Source: Syntrophales bacterium (GTDB lineage: Bacteria > Desulfobacterota > Syntrophia > Syntrophales > UBA4778). Taken from it: a stretch of 64,000 bases of DNA. Of the stretch, positions 17,966-28,386 are shown piece after piece. The stretch covers positions 186,001 to 250,000 of the forward strand of contig CAXXQE010000008.1 of NCBI GenBank assembly GCA_963665615.2, read 5' to 3'. A program made the translations under genes and the position numbers. The first letter of the stretch is position 1, and each line of letters starts with the position of its first letter. Under the pieces are notes generated by a model. The model was not told the origin of the DNA. It saw only the letters and a list, made by a program, of their open reading frames with translations, and did no database searches.

Positions 17966-18390
17966 GACTTACCTCCATCTCTTTAATCAATTATAACGGC
18001 TATGCGAACGGCGGGAATACAAATCAACCGCCTGCCGCCCCGGTCGAAAGGGCGCTTCCCACCGGGGCAAGTCGCTTCACCTTTTCTATTTTAATATGAA
18101 ACCTACATAAATTCTAACGACATGTCCATATTTCTTTGAGAATGCTTCATCCCATCCAGTCATGACAAAGCCATTCAGGGGCATGCCGCCTTAGAGTTCA
18201 TGCAACAAAGGCGGCGTGAGCCCACCTAAATCGGCTTGATATGTCTCTGACTTGCTGAGGGGGCATTCGCGGTATGCCCCAAAGACTCGCAGCGGCGCTT
18301 TCACTTTTCTCCCCGGACGGATACGGGAATCGGCCGTTGCCGCAAGCGTCCCGGTCTGCTATGATCTACAATCAAAAAGGAGGCGCCATT

Positions 18391-18762
18391 ATGCAGTTCA
18401 CCTTTGCCCATAACAATTTTAACGTCCTGGATCTGGAGAAGAGCCTGGTCTTTTATCGCGAGGCCCTGCAACTGGTTGAGGTGAAGCGCAAGGAGGCATC
18501 GGATGGCAGCTTCGTCCTCGTCTTTCTCGGCGACGGCCGCACACCTCACCAACTGGAGTTGACCTGGCTCAGGGACCGTTCGGAGCCATACAACCTCGGC
18601 GACAATGAATTCCACCTGGCCTTCCGGGTGGACGATTTTGATGCCGCGCATGCCCTGCATGAGAAAATGGGCTGCATCTGCTTCGAGAACCCCGGTATGG
18701 GCATCTACTTCATCAACGACCCCGACGATTACTGGATTGAAATTCTGCCGGCAAAGCGATAG
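18391..18762 (+). CDS. gloA: Lactoylglutathione lyase / VOC family
   Basis: FAHNNFNVLDLEKSLVFY, LELTW, FHLAF, DPDDYWIE; AGGAGG RBS. Confidence 0.85.
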   Translation: MQFTFAHNNFNVLDLEKSLVFYREALQLVEVKRKEASDGSFVLVFLGDGRTPHQLELTWLRDRSEPYNLGDNEFHLAFRVDDFDAAHALHEKMGCICFENPGMGIYFINDPDDYWIEILPAKR

Positions 18763-18865
18763 CTCCCCGGCAAATCCGGTTGACAAGGCGCGCGGCCGGT
18801 TTTACTCTTAGCAACAAAGACAAAGAAGTGCGGTTCCAGCGGCATCACAAGGGAGGAAAAAGAGT

Positions 18866-19198
18866 TTGATACAGAATCATCTGGAAAAGATCGAAAAGCG
18901 GTTGCATGAGAGCACAACGGTTCAAGAGAAAGAAAAGGCCGAGCTGATAAAGCTCGTGGCAGACCTGCGATCGGAAATCGCCGACCTGTCCCGGACGCAC
19001 CAGGAGCACGCAGAGAGCATCACAGGGTTTGCCGAGTTGTCGTCCCGCGAGGCGACGCGCAGCGAGAAAAATCCAACGCTCATCGGACTGTCTATCGAAG
19101 GGCTCGCGGCGTCGGTACGGGGTTTCGAAGTATCGCACCCGCGGCTGGTGTCTATTGTCAATAACCTCTGCACGATGCTGTCCAATCTGGGGATATAG
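18866..19198 (+). CDS. DUF4404-like protein
   Basis: C-term FEVSHPRLVSIVNNLCTMLSNLGI; GGGAGG RBS before TTG. Confidence 0.8.
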   Translation: MIQNHLEKIEKRLHESTTVQEKEKAELIKLVADLRSEIADLSRTHQEHAESITGFAELSSREATRSEKNPTLIGLSIEGLAASVRGFEVSHPRLVSIVNNLCTMLSNLGI

Positions 19199-19530
19199 CG
19201 CCGGCCTGTGGTGGAGGGTAGCGCAACCGATCTTCGAGTTGCGCACCATCTCTTTTTTGAACAGCCTGATGCGAGATGGTGCCGCCGTCGGCAGTTCATT
19301 TATCTCCCCGACTGACCCCGCCTGGAGCCGATAAAGGTCCCATTGGTATAACCGAACAACCCGTTGGGGGGATGAGCCCGATTAACGGCTGCGCAGTTGA
19401 TCGCCATAGCGGAAGCAGATGGACAGCGAACGGTGGGTGTGTTATTTAGACGCCGTTCTTCGGAAATATTGGCGGCCGTATGACCTGCCGCCTCTAGAAA
19501 GCACAAGGATAGGTTCACAAGGAGCAGATT

Positions 19531-20196
19531 ATGAAGAAAATTACTATAGCCGTTTTACTCAGTTTGTCCTTACTGGCTGGATGCGCGGCCCCGCAAACCA
19601 AAACCGGTCAAGGGGCGCTCTACGGTGCCGGTGGGGGCGCGCTCGCCGGCGCGGTGATCGGTCAGTTGATCGGTCATGACACCAAAAGCACCATGATCGG
19701 CGCGGCCATCGGCGCGGCCGTCGGCGGGGGCGGGGGGGCGGCTGTCGGCAGGATGATGGACAATCAGGAACGCGATATGAAGGCGGCCCTGGCGGCTTCC
19801 GATGCGGCAGCAGTCAGGCGGGAGGGCAATCTGCTCGCCGTTACCTTCAAGGGAGACGTGACCTTTGATACCGGCTCTGACGTCGTGCGCCCGGGCCTGC
19901 ATGCCGAGATCAACCGTGTGGCCGGGGTTCTGATGCAGTACCCCAGCACCCTGATCCGAATCGAGGGTCATACAGACAGTGTGGGATCGGATGAATACAA
20001 TATGGACCTCTCCAAACGGCGGGCGCATTCGGTTAAAGCCTTGCTCGTCCAGCGTGGCGTAGCGGACAGCCGGATGGAGACCGTCGGCTACGGAAAGACG
20101 ATGCCGGTTGCGACTAATACGACGGAAACCGGGCGTCAGAAAAACCGGCGGGTAGAGATCAAGATCGTACCAGAGCAGACCTCACAGGCCCAGTAA
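19531..20196 (+). CDS. OmpA-family lipoprotein with glycine zipper (YiaD-like)
   Basis: Lipobox LAGC; Gly zipper; IEGHTDSVG...LSKRRA...NRRVEI. Confidence 0.95.
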   Translation: MKKITIAVLLSLSLLAGCAAPQTKTGQGALYGAGGGALAGAVIGQLIGHDTKSTMIGAAIGAAVGGGGGAAVGRMMDNQERDMKAALAASDAAAVRREGNLLAVTFKGDVTFDTGSDVVRPGLHAEINRVAGVLMQYPSTLIRIEGHTDSVGSDEYNMDLSKRRAHSVKALLVQRGVADSRMETVGYGKTMPVATNTTETGRQKNRRVEIKIVPEQTSQAQ

Positions 20197-20212
20197 TCCG
20201 GAGACGGACGGA

Positions 20213-20246
20213 ATAAAAAAGGGGCGCCGCAGCGCCCCTTTTTTAT
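20213..20246. terminator. Bidirectional intrinsic terminator
   Basis: ATAAAAAAGGGGCGC-CGCA-GCGCCCCTTTTTTAT between convergent genes. Confidence 0.9.
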
Positions 20247-21214
20247 AGGCTGATTTTGAACAGTCCCTTTACCCTTTGCTCGATTTCGTCGCGCAGCGCC
20301 CGCAACGGTCCGATCGTCTGACCGTCCGGGTCCGCCAGATCCCATCCCATCTCGGTTTCCTCGGGAGCGGTTGAACAGGTCGAGCACCCTGACATTGAAA
20401 CGATGAGGTCGGGTTGACTATGCACCATCGCCGCCGAGATCGAGATCGGTTTGCGAAAGGCCATGTCGATCCCCTTTTCCGCCATCACCTGGACCATGAG
20501 ATCGTCTATATGCGCGGCGGGGTGCTTTCCCGCACTTAGCGCCTCTACGGCATCCCCGGCGTGGAACTGCGTAAAGGCCTGCGCCATCTGCCCCCCGCAT
20601 GCATCCCGATCGGATACGAAGAGCATCTTCCGGCGGCTCAAGTAAGGAGCCATCAGATCCCTGGCCTTGGCTCGCACATCGCTGAAAGCCGTGGCATGCG
20701 CGGCGACGTCCCCGACATGCTCGATCCGCCGATAGCCGAGACTCCCCTTGTAAGTCGCCCCGACGGCATCGAAAAAATATTTGGCGGTGAGGTTGAGCCC
20801 CTGAAAAAGATTTTCCCCTTTCGTCGCCCCGACGGCCAGGACAAATCCGCTCCGCCATTTTCTTCCGGGGTCCTCCAGCCTTAGGCCGTACTTCCGGGTC
20901 CAGAGCACCTGTGCCCGGTCGATCAGCGCCTTCAACTGCGCGGGGACACTGTAAAAAAAGACCGGCGTGGCCATGACAATCAAATCGGCCTGCCATAAAA
21001 GCGGATAGACGCCGTTTCGCATATCGTCCGGCAGGGGGCAAAACCCCTGCCGTTCACAGGCCTGGCACTGGCAGCAGGGCTGAATGGCCATGTCTGCGAC
21101 ATCAACGACGTGGGTTCTGGCGCCGAGTCTAGCGGCCTCCTCCATAAAAACCGCAAGCAGAACGCTTGAATTGCCGTTTTTCCTTGGACTGCCCTGCAAG
21201 CCTAAAACAAACAT
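20243..21214 (-). CDS. Iron-sulfur flavoprotein (flavodoxin-like) fused to ArsC/LMW-PTP-like domain
   Basis: GSPRKNGNS, CxxCxxCx5C, ATPVFF; C-term QMAQAF...SAG...WDLADP...RDEIEQRV. Confidence 0.85.
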   Translation of the reverse strand: MFVLGLQGSPRKNGNSSVLLAVFMEEAARLGARTHVVDVADMAIQPCCQCQACERQGFCPLPDDMRNGVYPLLWQADLIVMATPVFFYSVPAQLKALIDRAQVLWTRKYGLRLEDPGRKWRSGFVLAVGATKGENLFQGLNLTAKYFFDAVGATYKGSLGYRRIEHVGDVAAHATAFSDVRAKARDLMAPYLSRRKMLFVSDRDACGGQMAQAFTQFHAGDAVEALSAGKHPAAHIDDLMVQVMAEKGIDMAFRKPISISAAMVHSQPDLIVSMSGCSTCSTAPEETEMGWDLADPDGQTIGPLRALRDEIEQRVKGLFKISL

Positions 21215-21438
21215 GATTCAAATGCCCTATCCCGTCGTTCGGCACACCCGAACGACGACTCAAAAGCCCACTCGGTGGAAAACATAACGCTATCGACTTC
21301 GATACAGAAAGCTTGACAGCGCCCCTCTTCTCGTAGTGCGCCTCCATGGACTCAAATATGCGGCATTCCGATCCGTTGAGAAGCCCGGCAAGCTGTCGAG
21401 AAAACCGGAAGAATATAAAGAAAACAACCGTGAAGCCT

Positions 21439-22296
21439 TTACTTCAAGGCTTTCTGTAATCCGGCAAGTTCAACGATATACTCCGTTGTCCGCTGCGGCG
21501 CATTGCCGACCACGATCATGAAGGGGATCGTCGCACCCGACGCGATATTGACGTTGGGAACATCCCGCCCCTGATCCTTTCCCAACTCCGAGCGAAGCTC
21601 CTGCTCCGTGAGGTTGGTCAACTCCTCTTCATTTAAAAGCACGCCGCAATAGGCCTCCGCCTCGGCGGTAAAATCACCGGCAGAATCGACAAGACGAGCC
21701 CTCACCTTCAGCTTGGAAACCGGATGGTCGTTCCGATTGACGGCATTGCCCTGGATGACCATCACTGTCCCGACCATCTTGTTTTCCACAAAGCGTTCAC
21801 GAACGCCCAACAGATCAATACCGCTAGCAGCCGGATTATCCGCAACCTGAATCCCGAAGTACCCCGCCAACGGGGTCTTACCCAACAGGTGCAAACCGAC
21901 TTCGGGAAAGATCGTCACGTAAACGCCAGCAAGAATAACGACTAAAACGATAATATAAGCCGCAATCTTCCCTTTCGTCCACAGGCCCCTGCCCTTGCTG
22001 CGGGAATGAAGCACCGCTTCTTCTGACCATCGATAATCGGTCGGCTCCGACCCCTCCGCGACGGCATCTTCCTGGACCTTGTCCGGCGTCGCCTCAGGAT
22101 GGATCCCCGTCGAAAGTTGCGGTTCTTCCGTGATCCCGGGCGCAAGAACCTCCTCTACGTAGAAGGTCGTCGGATGCGGTCTTTTGTGAAAAAAGACCTT
22201 CTGGCAGCGGCAACACCGACACCAGACGCCGTCCGCCTCCATCTCTTTCTCGTCAAATCTGAATTTCGTTCCGCACTTTGGACACACTATGGTCAT
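21439..22296 (-). CDS. Zinc-ribbon (MJ0042-like) + TM + DUF3426 protein
   Basis: CPKCGTKF...CCRCQKVF; one TM segment; C-terminal beta-rich domain. Confidence 0.8.
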   Translation of the reverse strand: MTIVCPKCGTKFRFDEKEMEADGVWCRCCRCQKVFFHKRPHPTTFYVEEVLAPGITEEPQLSTGIHPEATPDKVQEDAVAEGSEPTDYRWSEEAVLHSRSKGRGLWTKGKIAAYIIVLVVILAGVYVTIFPEVGLHLLGKTPLAGYFGIQVADNPAASGIDLLGVRERFVENKMVGTVMVIQGNAVNRNDHPVSKLKVRARLVDSAGDFTAEAEAYCGVLLNEEELTNLTEQELRSELGKDQGRDVPNVNIASGATIPFMIVVGNAPQRTTEYIVELAGLQKALK

Positions 22297-22311
22297 GCGA
22301 ATCTGCTCCTT

Positions 22312-22836
22312 CTAAACCTTTGCGATATAAATATCGGGAAAGAATCGACCAGCCTCATTATAGTCGAGACCGTAGCCAACCAGAAAACCGTCGTCAAGAG
22401 AAAACCCTATGTAATCCGCATTAATCTCGACGCACCGGCGAAGCCTCTTGTCAATCAGCGCGCAGACCTTGAGGGATTGCGGGCCGCGTGCTTGTAGTAA
22501 CCGGACCAAACATTGAAGGGTCGTCCCCGTATCGACGATGTCCTCGACCAGCAGGACATCCTTGCCGGCAATGTCTAGCTCCAGGTCCTTGACGATCGTC
22601 ACCTCGCCGGAGCTCGTAGACGTCGCCCCATAGCTGGCCGCCCGGATGAAATCGACGGTGCACGGAATACTCACGCAGCGAATGAGGTCCGCCATAAAGA
22701 TGAACGCTCCCTTGAGAACACCCACCAGAACAAGATCCCGATCCCGATAATCGTGGGAGATAAGCTGTCCCAATTCCTGAACGCGACACGCAATGTCCTG
22801 TCGGGAATAGAGCATTGTCTGTCTTATGATTTCCAT
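22312..22836 (-). CDS. hpt: Hypoxanthine phosphoribosyltransferase
   Basis: VLKGAFIFMADL, VLLVEDIVDTGTT, FLVGYGLD. Confidence 0.96.
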   Translation of the reverse strand: MEIIRQTMLYSRQDIACRVQELGQLISHDYRDRDLVLVGVLKGAFIFMADLIRCVSIPCTVDFIRAASYGATSTSSGEVTIVKDLELDIAGKDVLLVEDIVDTGTTLQCLVRLLQARGPQSLKVCALIDKRLRRCVEINADYIGFSLDDGFLVGYGLDYNEAGRFFPDIYIAKV

Positions 22837-22887
22837 GAATCCAGTCCGCCTCCGAGGATTTCACCCTATCCAAGAGAGATTTAAAAG

Positions 22888-23709
22888 TCAATCACCGCCG
22901 CAATGCCGCTGATATGCCTGTGCGAAGGCGTCGAAATGATGCCGGATGATCTCCTCTGCCCGTCGAAGTTCGTTCTCATCTCTGAATTCAGAGGACAGGC
23001 TCAGGAAAATTTTGTCATATGGGGATTTCTCGCAGCCAATGGCCTCATAATCGATATATGGGATCGTGTATTCGCGTCCGTTGAAGGCGTATTTGCCAAA
23101 GCGGTTGTCGTCAGGGGACCGGAAAGGCCATGCGATTTTGAGTTCGAAGAAGGCCCTCGCAATCGCCTGAAAGGGCGGCTCCCCGAAGAGTTGAGCAGGG
23201 GGCATCGTGAAAACGCGTTCACTAACCAGCCGAAAATACTCCTTGACCAGATCGATATCGGTGATGCATAGACCGAACAGATACCAGTCATTCAAAATAT
23301 GGATGACAGCCAGTTTCTCCTCTCGAGAGATGTAATGATAGCTGGGGCAGAAATGTCCGTCGCAGAGCTGTCTGCCGTAGAAGGAAACGTCGCGCATATC
23401 GACGCCCCGGTTCTGCATGGGGTGGAGCAAGCAGCCGATTGTTTTTTCATCGTCATCGAGAATGCCCAGGTATTCGCAACAGTAGATGACCTCGTAAATC
23501 CTCGAGGAATCTTCCATGTGGCGCGCTTGACGGGAAAACCCCGGCAGGTCGTCCTTGGTCTTGACTGTCCGGCGAAACAGCGCCGTGCGATTGCGCAACC
23601 GCAAGACCAGCGACTCCCGGTCATTGACCGTATAGTTATATAATCCGCAGCAGGCGCCGCAGGATTTGCGTCCATCGGGTTGGCACAGATGGACAAAGGC
23701 GTCTTCCAT
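22888..23709 (-). CDS. Cys-rich hypothetical protein
   Basis: SCGACCGLYN, CCEYLG, GCLLHP, CDGHFC; 273-aa ORF upstream of hpt. Confidence 0.75.
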   Translation of the reverse strand: MEDAFVHLCQPDGRKSCGACCGLYNYTVNDRESLVLRLRNRTALFRRTVKTKDDLPGFSRQARHMEDSSRIYEVIYCCEYLGILDDDEKTIGCLLHPMQNRGVDMRDVSFYGRQLCDGHFCPSYHYISREEKLAVIHILNDWYLFGLCITDIDLVKEYFRLVSERVFTMPPAQLFGEPPFQAIARAFFELKIAWPFRSPDDNRFGKYAFNGREYTIPYIDYEAIGCEKSPYDKIFLSLSSEFRDENELRRAEEIIRHHFDAFAQAYQRHCGGD

Positions 23710-23930
23710 TTTATTTGCCTCACGATCGATCGTTTGCCGGGACGCATCTTAATGGATCGACCGGAAGATAGCAACGCTTATTGAATTCTTCAGCGAACGA
23801 CTTCCCGGCGGCTTGTCCGGGGGATCTTCAATACTTGACGCCTTCCTCGCAACGGTCTAATAAAAAAGCGGACGGTGTCGCTGTCGCTTCAAATCGTCCG
23901 ATCCGAAAATCTCTGCAAAAGGAGATCGCC

Positions 23931-24446
23931 ATGATACTTGAGATTGAGCGCAAATTTCTCGTCCTTAACGATGACTGGCGGCAGACAGCCGGTCCCGGTA
24001 CGCCCTATATCCAGGGCTATCTCTCGGGTGCTGAAACCTCTTGCAGCATCCGGGTCAGACTGGAGGGTGGTCGCGCCGTACTGGGAATCAAGAAGCGACT
24101 GACAAACTTAAGCCGCAAAGAGTTCGAGTATGAAATTCCGGCAGACGACGCCAGGGACCTTCTGACAGGCTTGAATTATCCACCCGTCGAGAAGATCCGC
24201 TACCGGATGCCCCACGAGGGACATATCTGGGAGATCGATGAATTCAAGGGCGCTAACGCGGGGCTGGTTCTGGCAGAAATCGAGCTTAACGACGAAGGGG
24301 AAGCCTTTGCGAGACCTGACTGGCTCGGCAAGGAAGTCACGGCAGACGACCGCTACCTGAATGTCAGTCTGGCCATACGCCCTTACACCACCTGGCCTGA
24401 ATTCTTCAGCGAGCCCATTCCCGGCGGCTCACCGCGGGGTAAGTGA
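23931..24446 (+). CDS. CYTH domain protein
   Basis: EIERKFLV, QGYL, WEIDEF, LAEIEL; AGGAG RBS. Confidence 0.93.
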   Translation: MILEIERKFLVLNDDWRQTAGPGTPYIQGYLSGAETSCSIRVRLEGGRAVLGIKKRLTNLSRKEFEYEIPADDARDLLTGLNYPPVEKIRYRMPHEGHIWEIDEFKGANAGLVLAEIELNDEGEAFARPDWLGKEVTADDRYLNVSLAIRPYTTWPEFFSEPIPGGSPRGK

Positions 24447-24524
24447 ACGAATCAGGACTAAAAATCTTCCCGGGGAATCGGAGCTTGCTCCGGCGAGTCT
24501 TCAGTAAAAACGTCCCGCCGTTTG

Positions 24525-25244
24525 TCAGGTCGTTTCTTTTTTGAGACGCTTCATCTCGCTCAGCAGTTCCAACTGGACCTGCTGAATTTCCACGAGCCGC
24601 TCCCATTGATGGGACAGGAGATGATCGAGCTTTTGATGGACCTGGCGGATCTCCAGCTCCGCCTTTAGATTGACCTGGTAGTCGTGCATCGCCCGTACGC
24701 GGTCCTTGGCTTCCTGGCGATTCTGGCTCATCATGATGATCGGGGCCTGTATCGCTGCCAGACAGGAAAGAACGAGATTCAAAAAGATATAGGGATAGGG
24801 ATCGAATGGTTTAACGACAATGGCGACGGAATTGACGAGAACCCATAAGAGCAGGACGCAACCGAAGAGGATGATAAAGCTCCAGCTCCCGCCGAACTGC
24901 GCAATACGATCGGACAGTCGTTCTCCGAATGTCCGCTGGAGATCGTATTCTTGATCGACATGGGTCGACAGGATCTCTCCGCGCGAGATGCTGTCATAAA
25001 CCTCTCTCTCCAAATCTGTCAACTCGCCCTTTTCCGCCTCGATCAAGGACCGCACATATCGGTCGCGGTAGTCGTCCAGATCGTCCTCGCAGATAAATCC
25101 ATCGTCAGACCACCCCGGATGTTCCTGTTGGATCAGTTGAACAATAACCGGTCTAACGGCGCTTGCCCTCATGAGTGCGACGGCGGGCTGCTTCTTGCCG
25201 CAGATTTGGCAGACACGATTTTCAGGAGATGGAGAGTCGGTCAT
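24525..25244 (-). CDS. DUF1003 membrane protein
   Basis: FGGSWSFI, FDPYPYIFLNLVLSCLAAIQAPIIMMSQNRQ. Confidence 0.92.
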   Translation of the reverse strand: MTDSPSPENRVCQICGKKQPAVALMRASAVRPVIVQLIQQEHPGWSDDGFICEDDLDDYRDRYVRSLIEAEKGELTDLEREVYDSISRGEILSTHVDQEYDLQRTFGERLSDRIAQFGGSWSFIILFGCVLLLWVLVNSVAIVVKPFDPYPYIFLNLVLSCLAAIQAPIIMMSQNRQEAKDRVRAMHDYQVNLKAELEIRQVHQKLDHLLSHQWERLVEIQQVQLELLSEMKRLKKETT

Positions 25245-25411
25245 TATTTCCTCCCTGTCACCTATGATGTTGCATCTCGGGAAACAAGCCGTAACACGAA
25301 GAATCCTAATAAAACGGCGGGAAGATAGCAACAGGTATTAAAATTCGTTGCATCCAGCGATCCTGTCTGTTTATATTGACTTGCTGTACACGATCGCCAG
25401 GAGAGATGTTC

Positions 25412-26065
25412 ATGGATTACGAAAGACAAACGGGGCATGCCGGTTATTCAAAAGGCGAGGAAATCGCCAATACGATAACGCATGGGATCGGTGCATTGTT
25501 GAGCGTGGCTGCGCTGCCCATCTTAGCGGTTTTGTCCTCCGACACCGGCAATGCCTGGACCATCGTTTCATTGTGCGTCTTTGGCAGCACACTCATTCTG
25601 CTCTACACGATGTCCACCCTCTATCACATTCTCCATCCCGGGCGGGCCAAGGCCTTTTTCAAGCTGATGGACCACGCGTCCATTTATCTGCTGATTGCCG
25701 GCAGCTACACGCCAATCCTGCTTTCCCTCATGCGCACCCCGTTGGGATGGTCTCTGTTTGGAGTGATCTGGGGTCTTGCCCTGGCGGGCGTGAGCTTTAA
25801 GGTCTTCTACGTGGGGCGTTTCAAAAAAATATCCACCCTGATCTATCTGGCAATGGGATGGATCATCATTCTGGCCGTTAAACCCTTTGTCCAGGCCGCT
25901 CCGCCGGTTACCGTCGAATTCATCGTAGCCGGGGGGTTGCTGTACACCCTTGGGACGCCCTTCTATATTTGGAAGGCCATGCCCTATAATCACGCCGTGT
26001 GGCATCTCTTCGTCGTGGGCGGCAGCGTCTGCCACTTCTTTGCCTTTGCCCTGGGGCTAACCTGA
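25412..26065 (+). CDS. Hemolysin III / PAQR family membrane protein
   Basis: EEIANTITHG, STLYH, DHASIYLLIAGSYTP, HAVWHLFV. Confidence 0.95.
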   Translation: MDYERQTGHAGYSKGEEIANTITHGIGALLSVAALPILAVLSSDTGNAWTIVSLCVFGSTLILLYTMSTLYHILHPGRAKAFFKLMDHASIYLLIAGSYTPILLSLMRTPLGWSLFGVIWGLALAGVSFKVFYVGRFKKISTLIYLAMGWIIILAVKPFVQAAPPVTVEFIVAGGLLYTLGTPFYIWKAMPYNHAVWHLFVVGGSVCHFFAFALGLT

Positions 26066-26191
26066 AGAGATGCGTCGGGTGCGCGGCCTCATTTTTTGTC
26101 GGCTTTCAGCGACAGTCCCGGCGCCAGAAGTTGAGAATCTGAGCAGTTAAGAGGTTAGAAGAGTCCTCTCACCCCCTCACCGTCCTAACTT

Positions 26192-27214
26192 CTATCCTTT
26201 CCCGAAGGAACATGCCGGATATCTGCACGGATCGCAATTCAAGCATAAGCCGCCATGACCGAAGAGGGTAATATCGTTCCGCGTAATTTTCTCCCCGGCC
26301 AGGATGCGCGGCAAAACCAGGTCCAACGCCGTACTCCGTGAATACATCACGCAACTGGGCAGTCCGAGCACCGGCGTCTCTCCAATATAGGCCACCATAA
26401 ACATGGCGCCGGGGAGTACCGGCGCCCCATAGGTAACGATTGTTCCCCCTGCCGCAACCACGCCAGCCGGCGTGAGGTCATCCGGATCCACCGACATCCC
26501 GCCGGTTACCAAAATGAGCTCCGCACCGGACGCTTTCAGGTCTTTAACTGCCTCGGCAATCCGGTCCGTTTCGTCGGGCACATAGATCTTGCGTATCACG
26601 CGGCTTTCCAGCGCGGCCACTTTGGCCTCGACAACGGGACCGAACTTGTCTTCGATCCGCCCCTTGTAAACCTCATTGCCCGTGATGACGAGACCGGCTC
26701 GCAGACCGAGAAGAGGTTTGATCTCGATGACCGGTGCATAAAGGCGGGCATGCGCCTCTACCCGTTCGATGATTTTCCCGTCAATGACAAGGGGGATCAC
26801 CCGCGTTCCGGCGACAATCCTTCCCGCATCAACCACCTGATGACGGTGCAACGTGGCCAAGGCAATCTGGCATTCGCCATTGATCGCATCGAGCCCATCG
26901 ACATGGACCTTCAGGAGCCCCCGCCGGGCCGCTACCAGATTGATCTTACCCTCCTGGGGCTCGGTCAGGGTTAGTCCCGGTCCCGCTACGGCCTCGGCGA
27001 TACGACGGGCCGCCTCGTCTTCATGGAGATAGCCCTCTTTTTTTTCCCAGACGAAGACGTGCTCCTTGCCGATCTGCAACATCCGCGAAATGTCTTCCTG
27101 CGAAATGACGTGGCCTTTCCGAAAGGCTACACCCTTGAATTCGCCGGGCACGATCTGCGTAATGTCATGGCATAAAACCATCCCGACTGCTTCTTCTACT
27201 TTTATCTTAAGCAT
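26192..27214 (-). CDS. Molybdopterin-binding protein (MoeA/MogA-like domain)
   Basis: LCHDITQI, TGNEV, TGGMSVDPDDLTP, PVLPGAMF, C-term CLNCDPCRYPAC. Confidence 0.88.
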   Translation of the reverse strand: MLKIKVEEAVGMVLCHDITQIVPGEFKGVAFRKGHVISQEDISRMLQIGKEHVFVWEKKEGYLHEDEAARRIAEAVAGPGLTLTEPQEGKINLVAARRGLLKVHVDGLDAINGECQIALATLHRHQVVDAGRIVAGTRVIPLVIDGKIIERVEAHARLYAPVIEIKPLLGLRAGLVITGNEVYKGRIEDKFGPVVEAKVAALESRVIRKIYVPDETDRIAEAVKDLKASGAELILVTGGMSVDPDDLTPAGVVAAGGTIVTYGAPVLPGAMFMVAYIGETPVLGLPSCVMYSRSTALDLVLPRILAGEKITRNDITLFGHGGLCLNCDPCRYPACSFGKG

Positions 27215-27216
27215 GT

Positions 27217-28386
27217 TCAGCTGCTCCTCTGCTCACTTTCTTTCTGTTCCCCCGCCGCGAGGAGGATGCCCTCCAACGGCTTCCCGATGTACTGTTCTAT
27301 CTTGGCACGTATCGCCTCGGCCTGATCCTGGCGATGATCGACGGAACGGAGCGCCCGTTCATCCTCCCCGCAACGCCGGCGGGCCGCAGTGAAGCGCTGT
27401 TCCAATGTGACACGCTCGTTGCCCAGGATCAGTTTATCCGCCAGATAAACTACCTCCGCCTCGGTCGGCGTCTGTCGAGGGGAAGGAGACAGATCCATAT
27501 GGCGCGCAACAATCCCCGCAACCCGTTCATAACCACACGAAGCCAGATAGGCAGCTCCCTCGCGGGCGTGATCGGTTCGCTGCCGGCAAATATCGTGGAG
27601 CAACGCCGCCGCCCGGATGAGATTCGGGTTCAGGCCGGCTCCGATTGCATTGAGTTGTTCGGTCAGGCAATCGGCCAGGGCGGCTACCGCGCGGCAGTGC
27701 TCCCGGATCTTCTCCACCGCGCAAGCCTCTGCAAGCAGGTCTTCACATGCCATTTCATCGGGTATGCATTCTTTTCCCTGTCGGCACATTAACCGTTCAT
27801 AGTCCTCAGGCGTATCGATGTCTATCAGGATCATTTCATCGCTGACAGCAATGCGGTGCGCAATCGCGTCGTGCCTGGCCAAAATCCCCCTTAAACCGCC
27901 TTCGCCCTGAAAACTCAGGATCTCAGGGATGAATTCCCCGGAAATCAGCGGCGGGTGACCATCCTGTCCGTCGTAAGTCGGATAGATGATCCCGCACGAA
28001 CGCTCTTTAAAGGCCTTGAGAAGCATGCGAATAGTCTCGGGATGGACAAAGGGAATATCGACCGGCATGATGAAAAAGGCGGGAACATCGATCGGCAGCG
28101 ATGCAACGCCGGCCTGAATGGAGGAAAACATGCCGCGGTCGTAATTCGGGTTGTGAATGAAGCGAACCCCCAGATGACCGGCCGCTGCCTCAACCTCCTC
28201 GGCTCGGTGCCCCACCACGACCCGAACATCGGAGATGCCCGCCGCCTGCTGCATTCGGACGGTGTGCTCCACAACAGTGTGCGGACGGATGGTGAGCAGA
28301 GGCTTGAACGCCCCCTCCATCCGGCTGGAATATCCAGCGGCCAGGATAAGTGTTACAATCCTGTCTGCTAAACTACGGCGATGCAT
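27217..28386 (-). CDS. MocA-like NTP transferase + HD domain
   Basis: ILAAGYSSRM, GMFSSIQAG, GHPPLI, DIDTPEDY; C-term LLHDI...YLADK. Confidence 0.88.
   Translation of the reverse strand: MHRRSLADRIVTLILAAGYSSRMEGAFKPLLTIRPHTVVEHTVRMQQAAGISDVRVVVGHRAEEVEAAAGHLGVRFIHNPNYDRGMFSSIQAGVASLPIDVPAFFIMPVDIPFVHPETIRMLLKAFKERSCGIIYPTYDGQDGHPPLISGEFIPEILSFQGEGGLRGILARHDAIAHRIAVSDEMILIDIDTPEDYERLMCRQGKECIPDEMACEDLLAEACAVEKIREHCRAVAALADCLTEQLNAIGAGLNPNLIRAAALLHDICRQRTDHAREGAAYLASCGYERVAGIVARHMDLSPSPRQTPTEAEVVYLADKLILGNERVTLEQRFTAARRRCGEDERALRSVDHRQDQAEAIRAKIEQYIGKPLEGILLAAGEQKESEQRSS

Noticed and set aside
19611..19745. GC-rich repetitive stretch in the ompA-family gene
   Set aside because: Glycine-zipper coding sequence.
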